Shown here: one piece after another, positions 49,460-61,744 of the stretch
Layout of the letters: each line of letters opens with the position of its first letter
Position numbering within the stretch: the first letter of the stretch is position 1
DNA from: Prorocentrum cordatum
Taxonomy: Eukaryota
NCBI GenBank assembly: GCA_963575745.1
Contig: CAUYUJ010000159.1
Span: forward strand, 310,001 to 374,000
Length of the DNA stretch: 64,000 nt
Direction: 5' to 3'
Position numbers and translations under genes: made by a program
Notes under the pieces: generated by a model
Databases searched by the model: none
What the model was told of the DNA's origin: nothing
Seen by the model: only the letters and a program-made list of their open reading frames with translations

Positions 49460-49746
49460 TTAGCCTGGCGAAGGACCCAACCATATGCAGTTGTGAATAC
49501 CGCAATTCTGAATACCATCTTCGCCCGCGCTCCCTATGTGACCACGGCTTCCCGCCAGAGCCCGACATGCTCAGGAACACGTTCGTGGCCGTCTCCGCGG
49601 GCGCCGACGACGACGAGGACGGCGTCCCACTGACCGAGGAGCAGAAGCACGAGAGGGCTTTGAGAGCCGTGAGGGAGGAGGTGTCGGTGCACGTCGAGAA
49701 GGCGGAGTACGACGCCCAGGCGCGGTTGTTGAAGCAGCACAACTAT
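49460..49746 (+). pseudogene. Duplicated coding fragment, probable Helitron Rep N-terminal (DUF6570-like), copy 2
   Basis: NTIFARAPYVTTA/PPEPDMLRNTFVAV...VHVEKAEYDAQARLLKQHNY resembles the GNxIxF..LPP..L and V...A..LK.HN.Y motifs of Helitron DUF6570. Confidence 0.5.
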
Positions 49747-50779
49747 TGGGCCACGATCCTCGTGAGGGGTGTGCCGACATGGCCCGAGGCCGCCATGGGG
49801 TGCCGACATGGCCCGAGGCCGCCATTGGAACCCTGCCACTGGGGGCCTTCGGTGGAGCTTCCTATGGGGCCACGATCCTCGTGAGGGGTGTGCCGAAATG
49901 GCCCGAGGCCGCCATGCGAACCCTGCCACTGGCGCCTTCGGTGAAGCTCCGTATATGTGGCCACGATCCTCGCGCGGGGTGTGCCCGAATGGCCCGAGGA
50001 AGCCATGCGCACTTTGCTACTGGCGCCTTCGGTGCAGCTCTCTAAGGGGCCACGATCCTCGTGAGGGGTGTGCCGAAATGGCCCGAGGCCGCCATGCGCA
50101 CTTTGCTACTGGCGCCTTCGGCGGAGCTCCTATGGGGCCACGATCCTCGTGAGGGGTGTGCCGAAATGGCCCGAGGCCGCCATGCGCACTTTGCTACTGG
50201 CGCCTTCGGTGGAGCTCCTATGGGGCCACGATCCTCGTGAGGGGTGTGCCGAAATGGCCCGAGGCCGCCATGCGCACTTTGCTACTGGCGCCTTCGGTGG
50301 AGCTCCTATGGGGCCACGATCCTCGTGAGGGGTGTGCCGAAATGGCCCGAGGCCGCCATGCGCACTTTGCTACTGGCGCCTTCGGTGGAGCTCCTATGGG
50401 GCCACGATCCTCGTGAGGGGTGTGCCGAAATGGCCCGAGGCCGCCATGCGCACTTTGCTACTGGCGCCTTCGGTGGAGCTCCGGGCCGCAGGAACGAGGA
50501 AAGCCAGGGCGGGAAGTGAGAAGGAGAGGGCCTTCTCGGAAGACTCGGAAGTCCCCCGGCCTTCTGAGAAGAAGTTTTCTAAGCCTTCCCCGAACACACC
50601 GAAAACTTATCAGGAGGCGCGAGGGCTTCTGAGAAGTCCCGCGGCCTTCTGAGAAGGCCTTCTCCTTCTCATTTTCCCCCCTCGCTCGCGACCCATCGGA
50701 GCAGGGCGAGTTGAGTCAACGGCACCTCAACATCGGTCCCTGGACTAATCCCGGGGCCTAAACGCACCGATTTCCCGAG

Positions 50780-51030
50780 CTGCGTCTAGCCGTGCTTCTT
50801 TCGGGCTTTGAGGGGTATATTCCCAATTGGGGTGCTGAGATGGTGGGTGTCTGGATAGGGATAGGCATGGGCATAGGCGATAGGGATTGGTCCTTGGCGG
50901 AGCGCAGTGGGGGGTAAAGGGAGGGGGGAAGGCTTATTAGAAGGAGGCTGCTCCTCAGAAGGCGCCGGCCTTGCATCTATAGACAAGGACCGCGCCTTCT
51001 AAGAAGCAGGGGTGCTTCTAAGAAGACTTC
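50780..51030 (+). repeat. Dispersed repeat with CTTCT(A/G)AGAAG palindromic motifs
   Basis: 50890-51030 aligns with 60060-60195. 50790-50835 aligns with 39028-39075 (GGGTATAT.CCCAA.TGGGGTG). Confidence 0.7.
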
Positions 51031-52059
51031 CCCCCTCCTCATGAAGACGAAGCCAGAATGAGGATGTCACTGGGTGAGGATAAATCGAGAATCTCTGAGA
51101 TCCGGCGGTTCTGGGGGACGCATCGGGCACCGCGGCCTTCTCAGAGCGTTCCAGAACGCTCTGAGAGCGTTCTGGAACGCTCTGGAAGGAGGGAGAGGAG
51201 GAGGAGGAGGAGGAGGAGGAGGAGGAGGAGGAGGAGGAGGAGGAGGAGGAGGACGACAACGAGGAGGAGGACGACCCCCCTCTGCGCGTGGCCGACGTTC
51301 AGCGCCGAACGCCGTCTCGCAAGGCGCCGGCCGCGCGCCTGGCCGGCTGCTCCCGCGGGGCGCCCGCGAGGGCGAGAGCGCCGGAGGCCCGCCGTCTGGC
51401 CTGGCGCGGGGGCGGCTGGGCGAAGTGGCCGTCGCCGTCGCCGTCGCCGCCGTCGTCGCCGTCGCCGTCGCCGTCGTCGTCTTCGCTTCGGCTCGGGGCC
51501 CCGGGGGCCGCGGGATGGGACTGGCGCGCGACGGCGGCCCGCGAGGCGGCCGCGCACCACCGCGCGCGACGCAATAGACAGGCGGCGCGCCTGCGAGGCG
51601 AAGCCGGCGGAGAGCGCCAGCCTGCTGGACGGCCACCGCGGCTCGAAGGCACCGAAGATGGGCGGAGGCGCGAGGGAGGCCGGGGAGGAATGGAAGGAAG
51701 AGCGGGAGAAAGACGCAGGAAGAGGAAGAGGACAGAGGACAAAGACGCTCGCTTGGAGCCAGTCGTATCACGAAGCAGCGATGCCTGCTTGCGACTCTGA
51801 AGTGGCCAAGGGGAGGAGGAGGAGGAGTAAGAGGAGGAGGAAGAGAAGGAGGAGGAGAAGGAGGAGGAGGACGTGGAAGAGAGAATAGAGAATAGAGGAA
51901 ATCCCACCAGGGCGTAAAGTGGTTTAGGGAGCTTCCTCTTCCGCTCCTCCCTCTTCCCCTTCGGAGAGGGGTGTATCACTGTTCCCTATTAATAAACACC
52001 CCCTCCCCCACCCAGCCAGCAGCCAACCCGAACCATGAGAGCACCATGAGGGCCCCCCC

Positions 52060-52330
52060 CCCCACCATCCCTGTCAAAAACAATACGAAACGCACATTGC
52101 GGGACCCACCCAACCAACACCCCAGCAAAGTCTGGACAGTGCGCTGGCACCCTGTGAGCACGTTGTATTGTTTTTTTGACAGGGATGGCGGGGCACCCTT
52201 GGTGAAGCCGCCTTGTGCAGGACCACCATCCGTATCAAAAACAATGCGCAGTGCACGTTGCGACACTGTCGTGGGTATTGTGCTGGCCACCCGCGATCAA
52301 TGTGTATTGTTTTTTACAGGGACGGCGGTG
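52060..52330. repeat. Two tandem hairpin (MITE-like) units with ~27-bp inverted arms
   Basis: CCACCATCCCTGTCAAAAACAATAC...GTATTGTTTTTTTGACAGGGATGGCGG (52060-52193), and a diverged copy at 52223-52328. Confidence 0.75.
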
Positions 52331-52759
52331 GTGCCCGCATGATGATGCTTCCACTGACGCCCCCCACATCAGCATCTGGACCATGCGGACGGGGGGGGGG
52401 CATCACGTTTTTACAAGGATGGCAAACCAACCGCATGTGGAGACCGCGGCGAGCGTCGCGCACCTGGCGTCCGCTTTGGTTCGCAGTGGCTGTCCATCCA
52501 GCGGCGACCTCTGGCTATGCCGAGACTAGACAGCTTGCGTGCGGAGAGGGTGCATTGACCCCCCCCCCTACCCCTCTCCTGGACCTGGACGAAGGGTTCC
52601 GCGGGTAGGCGGAGCGTCCAAGACAACCTCGGCGAGGAATCCAAAATTATTGGTTTTACCTAGGTGTTGGCCCCTGTTTGGTTTCCTGGGGGGGGGGGGG
52701 GGGGGGGGGGCGAGGCTGATTGGGAACCCCCCTTCTTTGATCGATCTCCTCTCGGATGG

Positions 52760-53560
52760 CCCCAAAAACGCTCCCAAGACTCCCAAGGGTGCCCCAAGAG
52801 GGCCCCAAGAGGTGGCCAGGAGGCCCCTAGAGGCCCCCCCAAGGCCCCCAAGAGGCTCCCAAGAGACCCCCAAGAGGCCCCCCAGAGGCACCCAAGACGC
52901 TCAAAGAGGCCTCGGCGAGAAAGCCAAAATCATCGATTTTACTCAAAATTGTGGACACATGTTGGCCTCCACTGACCGAGATGACTCCAAGAGCGCCTGG
53001 GAGAGCCCAAGATGACCTCCAAGATAGCTCAAAATACCCCAAGATGCCTCAAGATGGCCCACACGATGCTCCAAGAGGCCCAAAAACCGCTCCAAAACGG
53101 CTCCAAGTGGCCAAAATGCTCCCCCCAGGAGGCCCCGAAGAGGCCAGAATCTTTCCAATACCTTTGGAAAATAAATATTGTTGGTTTTCTCGCCCTTTCG
53201 CTTCCGATGGCCATGCGAAGCCTCATGATGGTTCCAAAATGGCCCAAGAGGGCCCCAAGACGGCCCCAAGAGCGCCCAAGAACGCACCCCGAGAGGCGAC
53301 TTTGGGGCTCCCGACGGGGAGCGCTAATATATGCTCCCCTTTTGTTTGATCGATGTCCTCGAAGATGGCCCCAAGAGCGCTCCCAAGGCTCCCAACTGCG
53401 GTTCAAGAGGGGCCCACGAGGCGCCCAGGAGGCCCCAGGAGACCCCAACAGGCGCCAAAGAGGCCTCCAAGGGGCTCCCAAGATACCCCCCAAGAAACCC
53501 CAATCTCTCCGAGGCTCCCAAGGCGCTCTAAGAGGCCCCCAAGACGCCCCAAGAGGCCTC
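52760..53560 (+). repeat. CCAAGA-family dispersed repeat
   Basis: Dense GGCCCCAAGA motifs; resembles 11850-12350. Confidence 0.75.
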
Positions 53561-53829
53561 CATTGGGTGACCCTTCGTCTGTGTGTAGCCCACCTCCCTG
53601 ATCGAGGCCATTCCTCTGGGCATCGTTTCTAGATGGGCTAATGGGGTTACGCGAAGCGTCTAGAATTGCAGAAACGGGGGAATGGGCGGGGATGAGAAGG
53701 GGCAACGTTTGGACATCAGCAGCAACGGCAGCAACCTACGCACTCCTTTGCTGCAGGGCGAAACCACAGATGGACCTGAATGTTTTCCACCTGCCAGGGT
53801 GCACCGATAGCGCCCACTAGTCAATGCGC

Positions 53830-56800
53830 CGAGATATTACCCAAACACTGTTTGCAATCAGGGGCCCTTATTTGTGTTATACGGTAGCTGGGCCCCAGTG
53901 GCGGCCCGGACGGTTTGTCGCCGCGCGTCGGCGCCGTCGCCGTTGGGCCCCAATGGTGGTCCGGCTGGCCCCGCGTTGTTTTGCATTGTTTCGCATCGCG
54001 TTGCATCGCTTTGCACCGCTCTGCAATGCTTTGCGTCGCTTTGCATCGCATTGCACTGGTTCGGGTTGCGTTGCATCGCTGTGCATTGTTTTGCATTGCT
54101 GTGCGTCGCTCTGCATCGCATGGCACCGCTTGGCAATGTTTTGCATCGCGTGGTATCGCATTGCACTGTTGCGCCTTACATTGCGTTGCTTTGCATTGGC
54201 TTCGGTTGCGTTGAATTGCGTCGCGCTGCTTTGCATTGCTCTGCATCGTTTCATATTGATTCGCGTTGCGCTGGATCGCATGGCATCGCGCTGCGTTGCT
54301 TTACGTCGCTTGCGTCGCATTACATTGCTTTGCATCGCCGCGCATCGGTTTGTATCGTCTTGCATTGGTTTGCACTGCGTTGAATTACGTTGCATTGTTT
54401 TGCCCTGATTTGCGCTGGCTTGCGCTGCGTTGCATTTCGTCGTGCTGATTTTTCGCCGCGTGTAGATTGCACCACGTGGGTTGCGCCACCTACATTTTCT
54501 TTGCTAGAAGAATACCCCCCCCCCCCCCCCCCCCCCCGAGTTAACGCCCCCCCTTGGGGTATTGTAATTTCATTTTAATTATGCACACTCGCCCACACTA
54601 GATATGACGTCGCACTACCCCAGCCAGGCAGGCATTCCCCCCCCCCCCCCTTACAATATACTACGCGCGCACGCGTCCTCATCTTAAGAAAGCAAATGTC
54701 AACAATGCCTCGCCGAAACAGAAATCCCCACTCGCGCGTCCATGTCAAAATCGCACCGAACACAATGTGCTCGCAAACATTTCAGCATAAAAACCAAGGG
54801 CTGTGCAACGCAAAGTTCGCAAATGTCGTGCCCGCGCGTGCTAAAATCAAACAAATAAGATGAAACCGGGATCGGGGCAAAATTTGACCGGGATAAAAAC
54901 CACGCTCGGTTTTTCAAATCACCGGGGGCGCCGCCGAACGGGCCTGCCACGCCTTGGGCGCCATCGGCTTCGCGAGGGAAGGAATGCGCCCCGGCGCGGA
55001 CGAAGCCACGGCGCGTCTTTGGCCACGCGCTCGCCCGAGGGAATTCAGCGCCAAGCGTCTTTCACTCCAGAAGGCCCGACGTCAACAAAACAAACTTGAG
55101 GCCCCAAGGGGGCCCCAAGGAGGCGGACCGCCAAAACAGTCACGCAACCGACGCAACGAACAAAAAACACGAAAATGCCAAACAGCGCGTTACTCAGTGA
55201 CCTCGTCGGCCACGCAACACCGCGATAATGCCCAAGAAGGCATCGGAAAAAATCCCGCGCGCGGCCGGGCGACTTCCCCGCGCCGCCCCAAGGTTCCCGA
55301 AGCGCGCCGAAATAACCGTAGAGAACACCCCGGAAAGTCGTTGGAAAGTCCCCGCGCCATGCAAGATCCGCCACCGAACAATCTCGCGGACACCTAGCAC
55401 GTACGCGCGGGCGTCCACCATGGATGCCCAACTCCGGTTTCCGAGACAAGCGCGCGCAACCGCCTGGGGGCCTCGGCAACCTCGCGATTGGCCCAGGGGC
55501 CCGCGGGCCCCAGGGAATCGGAGACCGAGTTCGCAACTCCAGAAGCATCGGGCGCGGCGCCAGCCAGTCGCTCGTCTCTGGTTGACAATAGGACGCCTAG
55601 ATGCCCGGTAAAACCTAAGGAACCGCCTGTCGGATATTCACGGAACCAGAAACCGGGGCGCGCCAAATTCTCGCGTCCGAACTTCTCTGAGAATCTCTGA
55701 AAATCTCTGAACTAGCCACCCCGCGTGAAACATTCCCATAAACCCAAAACCTCGGAGCTGGCCGAAACTCTCTGAGAGTTTTTCGGCCCGCGAAATTTGG
55801 CGCGCCCGGATATCTGGTTCCGAGATTCTCTGAAATCGCGCTGCGGCGGCGCCCAGCAGGTCCTCGCGCGCCCAGGGTGGGGGCCGTGGACATCGCGGGC
55901 CGCGATGGTCCTGACCGCGAGGTCCTTCCTCCTGCCCCTCGACGAGTCCACGCTCATGGACACGCTCTCCGCGCTGAGCGTGGACCGCGCCATCCGCCGG
56001 CACTTCTGCGCGACGACAGTCAACTGGCCGCCGACGGACAAGGCGATTTTTCTCCGAGCTGCACGTGCCACCGACAATGCGCAATAGCCCCGGGCTCGGG
56101 GAGAAACACTTTCGAAGCATTGCCAGGCCGCCAGCGTCGTGGCTGCCGACCCGCCGCGCGCCGACCGAGAGACTGGCAAGGTCCACTACGTCCACGGCGG
56201 CGGGCGGGCGCCCAAGAGAACTGTCGCCGCGGTGCGCGCGGCGGGGCGCCCGCCCAACTGCAACCGCAAATGCGGCCTCCATGGCGCCACAGGCGCGATA
56301 TGTGCGACGCATTCTCGGGCCCCCCATCAGCGCATGGGCCAGCGCCCAAGCCCCTGAAACGCAAACCTACTGCGCCCCCCGTGCAAGCCGCGCACCCGCT
56401 CACAATGCTCGTGCGCACCAGATTTTCTGCCCGCCCTCAACAGTTTAATTGAGCGCCCATGTGTTACTTGGGCCCCTCAAGCCCTCGAACTCTCTTTGGG
56501 AACTTCTGCGAATGCGCGCGCTACGCTCCGCAAATCGGCGTTCTATTTTTCTCTGGAACTCTCCCAGAATCTCTGGTTCCGATTTGCCCCGATCTTCCGC
56601 TCAACTGAACAAAACCCTTCGGGCTCGCATGAATTATGCCAAATCCAACGGTTTCATGTCACCGCGGGGCGCGCCCGCGATGCTCCGGTCATGCGCCGAG
56701 GGCAGGAATCCCAGTCTGACGGATTTGCTGAACTTCCGCGCGCGCAGATTCCCGGTCCAACCTTGTCAGCGCCACCGCGATTTCTGCCTCATCGATAGAT

Positions 56801-57140
56801 GGACATCAACATCGTCAACGTGTTTGCCATCATTGGCGCCGGTATCCTTCGTGCCGTCGCCCTCTTGAACATCGTCGTCGTTGGTGTCATCTTCGTCACT
56901 GTCGCAGACGTTGCCGACGTCATCTTGTTATCGCGCACGTCCGAGTATCGTCGAAATGCTCACCTTCATCATCCACTCACGCTGACGAGCATCGACGGTG
57001 AGGATGTGATCATCGATGTCGTCATCGGTGGCGCCGCCGCCCCCCGCATCATGAGTTTTGCCAAACAAGTTGCGGGTGGGAGGGTGGGATGTTTGCGCGA
57101 GCAATGGAGATGACGACTTCAAATTCAGCAGAGCGGATTG
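53830..57140 (-). repeat. Dispersed repeat family X, copy C (both ends homologous, middle divergent)
   Basis: The reverse complement of 57050-57130 matches 12490-12570 (GCTCGCGCAA.CA.CCC.CCC.CCCACCCGCAAC). 56780-56960 matches 12740-12920. 53830-54640 matches 13550-14140, including the GCAAT-type pentamer tract. Confidence 0.6.
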
Positions 57141-60100
57141 AACCACGTGCATTACACCACCCAGGTTGCACCGCGTCGATGGCAAGACTCCACGGTATGG
57201 GGTCCACGCTGGCTGACATTGTTCATGAGGTAACGCAGGGGATGCCGAAAGCCAAACCTCCTCCTCCTCCTCCTCCTCCTCCTCCAGCTGTGTCCCTCCT
57301 CCCCCCTCCTCAAAACGGGCCTGAAATTACCAGAATCAGGTCGGACCCCATGTCGATCGGATGGAAATCCCCGCCGAGCCTGCACCACGCCGTGCAGTGG
57401 GATTCAGGGCCACTGCGAATCCCGCCGAGCGGGGCAAGCCAAACCCCAGTGGTGAAATGCGTACATCGCTGACGAGGGGCAAAGGGAAAATGACATCGCC
57501 GAAATCGGTAACCACACACATGTGTACATTATATATATATATGTATATATATATATATACATATATGTATATAGACATGGGTGTTATGTCAGACCCAGCT
57601 CTCTCGATCTCTGCGGCTGGACTCCAAGGCAAATGGAGCACACGCCAGCGGGCGGGGGACACAAACGAGGGTTCCGAGAAGCGCGCGCAGAACTGCCCTA
57701 ACCGCTTTGCGCGCAGGAAAAGGAGGCTCTCGATCAGGCCTGGGGTAACCAGGCCCCCCTGGAGCGGCGCCACAGTCAGAGGCCGCTGGAACCACATAGA
57801 GCGCAACGGGCAACGACCACGGCGGCAGCGTCGGCCATTTGCGCGACAAACACCATCAGTGTGAACACGGGGGGAGAACCGGCTCAGACATCGCCGCCCT
57901 TCCTCCGCATTAATTTTTCCGCCCCCTCCTCGGTCGGGAGGGCCGCCGATTTCTCACCTGACCCTTCTCCGGAATCCTCAGAAATTCTTCGGGAACCCTT
58001 GGGAATCCGGAGGAGTCCCTTAAGAATCCCCAGGGATCCCTCCAGGAATCCTTCAGGAATTCCTCTGAAATCCTCAGGGATCCCTCAACCATCCTTCAGG
58101 AAACCCTCACATTCTGAGGAATCCCTAGGGATGTTCAGGAAGCCGTAACGGAACCCGCGGGAGTCCTTCACGAAACCGAGGGGGCACCTTCAAAAAAAAC
58201 GCCGACCAAGAGCCGATGTAGCGCCTATCACACACACACACACACGCGTATGTAGCGCCTATCAAGCGCTTAGAGCGCTTAGATGCTGAAGTAATGGTTG
58301 GGATGCTGGACCGCTCTGGTTTCATTACCAGCTGGTATATGGACCGTCCAGTTAGGATCTTAAACGTCCAGTGGTGATCTTCCTTTGTATTTTGTTCAAA
58401 ATCCAAGTGTGATCTGGATCTTTCTCCCCCCCGGGCCCCGGGCGCCTGGGGCCTGTAAGGCCCCGTGAGCCCCAATGGGCCGCAGTCAAGGGGGAGAGAG
58501 AGAGAGAGAGGGGAGGAAACAGGAAGGAGAACGGGCACCCCCGGCTGGTCACAGCCACGTAAAACGTCACGTCTTGCGACGCCCAAGCTCTCAGAGGGAC
58601 AAGTCTTCTGCGCGGCCCCGGGCCCCGAGAGCGGCCCCCGGTGCTCTCTGGCCAAGGTGGCTGACATCGCTGGAGGCCTGGGAATGGGCACCAACCCAAC
58701 ACCAAAGGAATCCGAAACCACCGAGACCGGGATCCTCTTCCCTCGGTGGGAGGCACACCGTCGGTATATCAATGTTGGTGCCAACCTCTGGGTTGGAGTA
58801 CCATGTGGGACCTGCTCTAATACAGGCAAATACAGTGTACTCATCTACTCTTTGTCCCACCCTGGATTGAGCCGAGCGCAACGGACGCGCTGTCTGTAAA
58901 CGTATTCATCCCGCGTGTCTATATACATACATACATACATACATACATACATACATACATACATACATGCATGCATGCATGCATGCATACATACATACAT
59001 ACACATATGCATGTACATGTGTGCAGCGACGCCCCATGTGCCCATAGACGCTCGTGGCTAGAAAGTGAGGACAGAATCTGGCAGAGGCCCGACATATTGT
59101 GGTCTTCTAGGACTCTAGGAGCAGGCAGACTTGCCCCCCCAACCTCTAGGCCTCCGACCTCGAGGAAGAACGCCGCCACCCAACAAAACATTTTTGCGTC
59201 GGCTGACGTCTGCGCTGGCGGTGAGACGCTTAAGCGGGGATGCCGTCAAAGCGAATATTGCCACCATGCAAGTGGAGGAGCGGGGGAGGGCGCAGCAGAA
59301 AAAAGGGTGGGACGGAGCGAGCACCGAATAAAAACAATCAGCCGCAGCCCTGGGCTCCGAGGCGGGGCCCGCTGCCTTCCCGGCGCCCTTGCCGCCCTTG
59401 CTGCGGGCGACGCCCTTGCCGCGCGCGGCCTTCCCGGCGCCCTTGGGCGGACCGCCCTTGGCCAGCCGCCTGGCGCCCAAGGGTGCGCGCGCCGCGAGGG
59501 CGGAGCGACGCCATCGGACTTTCTGGGGGAGGCCCCCCCTCCTCCGCCTCCTCCTCCTCCTCCTCTTCCTCCTCCTCCTGTTCCTCCCCAATCTTCGTCG
59601 TCGCCGCCGTCGACAGCGTCGACGCCGTCGCCGGCACCGTAGTGCCGACACTGTCGGTTTGGAGGTTCGCGGGCGGTCCATAGGAGGCTCTCGCAGCTGC
59701 AACCGCACGCGGGCCGAACACCTGGCAATAGATGGACCCACTGGAGGGGCCCACGGAGCGACTCTGACAGAGTTGCGGTTGGCCCGCGAGGCGGGAGGAT
59801 GGGGGGTTGAGGAATGACAGGCTGCATGCGTTAGAGGCGCGGGACGCACAACCACTACGAGATGCCCGCAAGATTGGGCACTCCCACGTTTTCCCTGAAG
59901 TTCCAGCCAAACTGGCCAGACGACAATGAAAGAGAGCGGGCAGCGGACAGCGCCTGCGTCTGTGCGCACATCTGCAGACACGCTCCCTGTGGCTTCATGC
60001 GCTGCGCTGCGAAAGAGAAGGGTCGAGACGCGGGGCGCTGTGATGTGCTGTGCGCTCTTCGGTTGGCGGCGCGCACAAGGGGATAAAGGGACAAGGATCG

Positions 60101-60484
60101 GCTTCTTAGGAGGCTGCTTCTCAGAAGGCGGCGGCCCTGCACCTATAGAAAAAGGCAACTTCTGAGAAGCACGGGTGCTTCTCAGAAGCCATACCCACCC
60201 CCCCAACCCCCTTCTGCGTGTGGCACGTACGGGTTTCTGGATCGAGAGCCGATCCGATGGGGTGAGGATCAGGACTCTCTGGGGGAGCTCCTGAGGGGGG
60301 CGGCTGCGGGCGCATGTTGGTCGGGGCTCCGACGGGGGACAAAAGGCCGCCCGAGGGCGGCGCGGGCGCTTGCGGTGGCGGCGGCCCGCAGCCAAGAGTC
60401 GCGGCCTCTGGAACGAGTATTGGGCTGATGTGGCGTTGGGAGGTTCCCCACCTTCCTCCCCGCTTCTCGACGCTTCTGCTCGCT

Positions 60485-60790
60485 CGCTCCTCCTCCTGCT
60501 CCTCCTGCTCCTCCCTCTCCTTCTGCTCCTCCTCCTTCTCCTCCTCCTCTTCCTCCTCCTCCTCCTCCGCCTCCTCCTCTCCTCCTCCTCCTCCTCCTCC
60601 TCCGCTCCGCCTCCGCCCCGCCTCCGCCTCCTCCTCCTCCTCCTCCTCCTCCCTCCTCTTCCTCCTCCCCCTCCTCCTCCTCCTCCTCCTCCTCCCTCCT
60701 CATCCTCCTCCTCTTCCTCCTCCTCCTCCTCCTCCCTCCCCCCCGCCTCCTCCTCTTCCTCCTCCTCCTCCTCCTCCTCCTCCTCCTCGG
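60485..60790. repeat. (CCT)n microsatellite; a second tract lies at 61328-61490
   Basis: Seen directly. Confidence 0.95.
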
Positions 60791-61506
60791 CACCTGTGCC
60801 ACTGGGTGCCCTTCCCAGGAAAAAGGCGGGTTGCAGCCCGACCTTCGACCCTGTTTGCTCGTAGGGGCCAGGGAGGAAGAAACATGTTCCGTGACGCCTT
60901 TTGCTGGATTCACATCCTTCCCACGGTCAGGGTCCCCCGCCCTGCCGTGCGTGGGGGTGTGTTTGTCGCCCGTGGGAGTGGCGCCCCTCGGGTGGGGGCT
61001 TATCGGGGCGGCACGCAATGAACGTGTCGTAATCTGAAGGCAGTGCGCCCGCCGCCTCGGAATTGTCAGAACGCGCGGCACGCCAAGATGCGTGATGCGC
61101 GCGGCGCGCCAAGGTGCGTGCCACTGGTTTTCCGCTCGTAGTGTTTTGGACTGGAAGGAGTGAACATCATAATGATGGAGGGACTCATTGGGCGGTATCA
61201 CGAATTTGTTCGTGTGCCTCCAGCTTCTCAGGCGTGCCCCACGGGTGGGCCGCCTGGCCTCGGTGCTTATCGCGTTCAGGCGGTGTCGTGGTTGAGTCAC
61301 TCTTGTGATGGCGGTAATCCTGGTAATCCTCCTCCTCCTCCTCCTCCTCCTCCTCCTCCTCCTGCTCCTCCTCCTCCTGCTGCTTCTCCTCCTCAATCTC
61401 CTCCTCCTGCTCCTCCTGCTCCTCCTGCTCCTCCTCCTGCTCCTCGTCCTCCTCCTCCTCATCGTCCTCCCCTCCTCGTCCTCCTCATTCCCTCCGTCCC
61501 TGTCCG

Positions 61507-61528
61507 TCCGTAGCCATGTTGGCTCAAG
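61507..61528 (+). other. Dinoflagellate spliced-leader (DinoSL) relic
   Basis: TCCGTAGCCATGTTGGCTCAAG versus canonical DCCGTAGCCATTTTGGCTCAAG: 21/22. It is followed by AT rather than a GT donor, so it is not an SL RNA gene. Confidence 0.93.
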
Positions 61529-61744
61529 ATGACTTGTTCCCCTGGCGACAGTACGGATACCGCTAGTCCGCGGCCAGACGTCGATCTTTCGTGCCTTCAC
61601 AGTGGGAGTTGGGCCCCCACGCCCAGCTCATTCAATTTCAGGGGCCTTCGAACTTCGAACCTGCCTCCAGCGAGGCAGTCGGCGCCTCTCTTGTGCTATC
61701 CCTGTCCAGGGCGAGCCGAGAGCGGCCCTGCGACAACAGCCCTC

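Larger units (their letters stand above)
46480..50480 (+). repeat. 88-89-bp satellite array, roughly 35 units, with two interruptions
   Basis: Unit GGCCACGATCCTCGTGAGGGGTGTGCCGAAATGGCCCGAGGCCGCCATGCGCACTTTGCTACTGGCGCCTTCGGTGGAGCTCCTATGG. The period is exactly 88 bp at 50068/50156/50244/50332/50420. Confidence 0.97.

Noticed and set aside
50048..50135. Hammerhead ribozyme in the 88-bp unit (GTGAGGG-G..C-GAAA-TGGC..GCCAT)
   Set aside because: The core deviates from CUGANGA at C3 and A9, the cleavage-site base would be G, and there is no convincing stem I.
46480..50480. CRISPR array
   Set aside because: The units are contiguous tandem copies without unique spacers, there are no cas genes, and the context is eukaryotic. 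The same applies to the 72-, 76-, 79- and 83-bp arrays.
58560..58900. Tyrosine recombinase (DIRS) fragment
   Set aside because: Only a vague resemblance (PTPKESETTET); I could not find catalytic R-H-R-Y motifs.
61507..61570. Functional SL RNA gene
   Set aside because: The SL exon is followed by ATGAC rather than a GT splice donor and SL intron, and it carries a T>G change in the TTTT tract.
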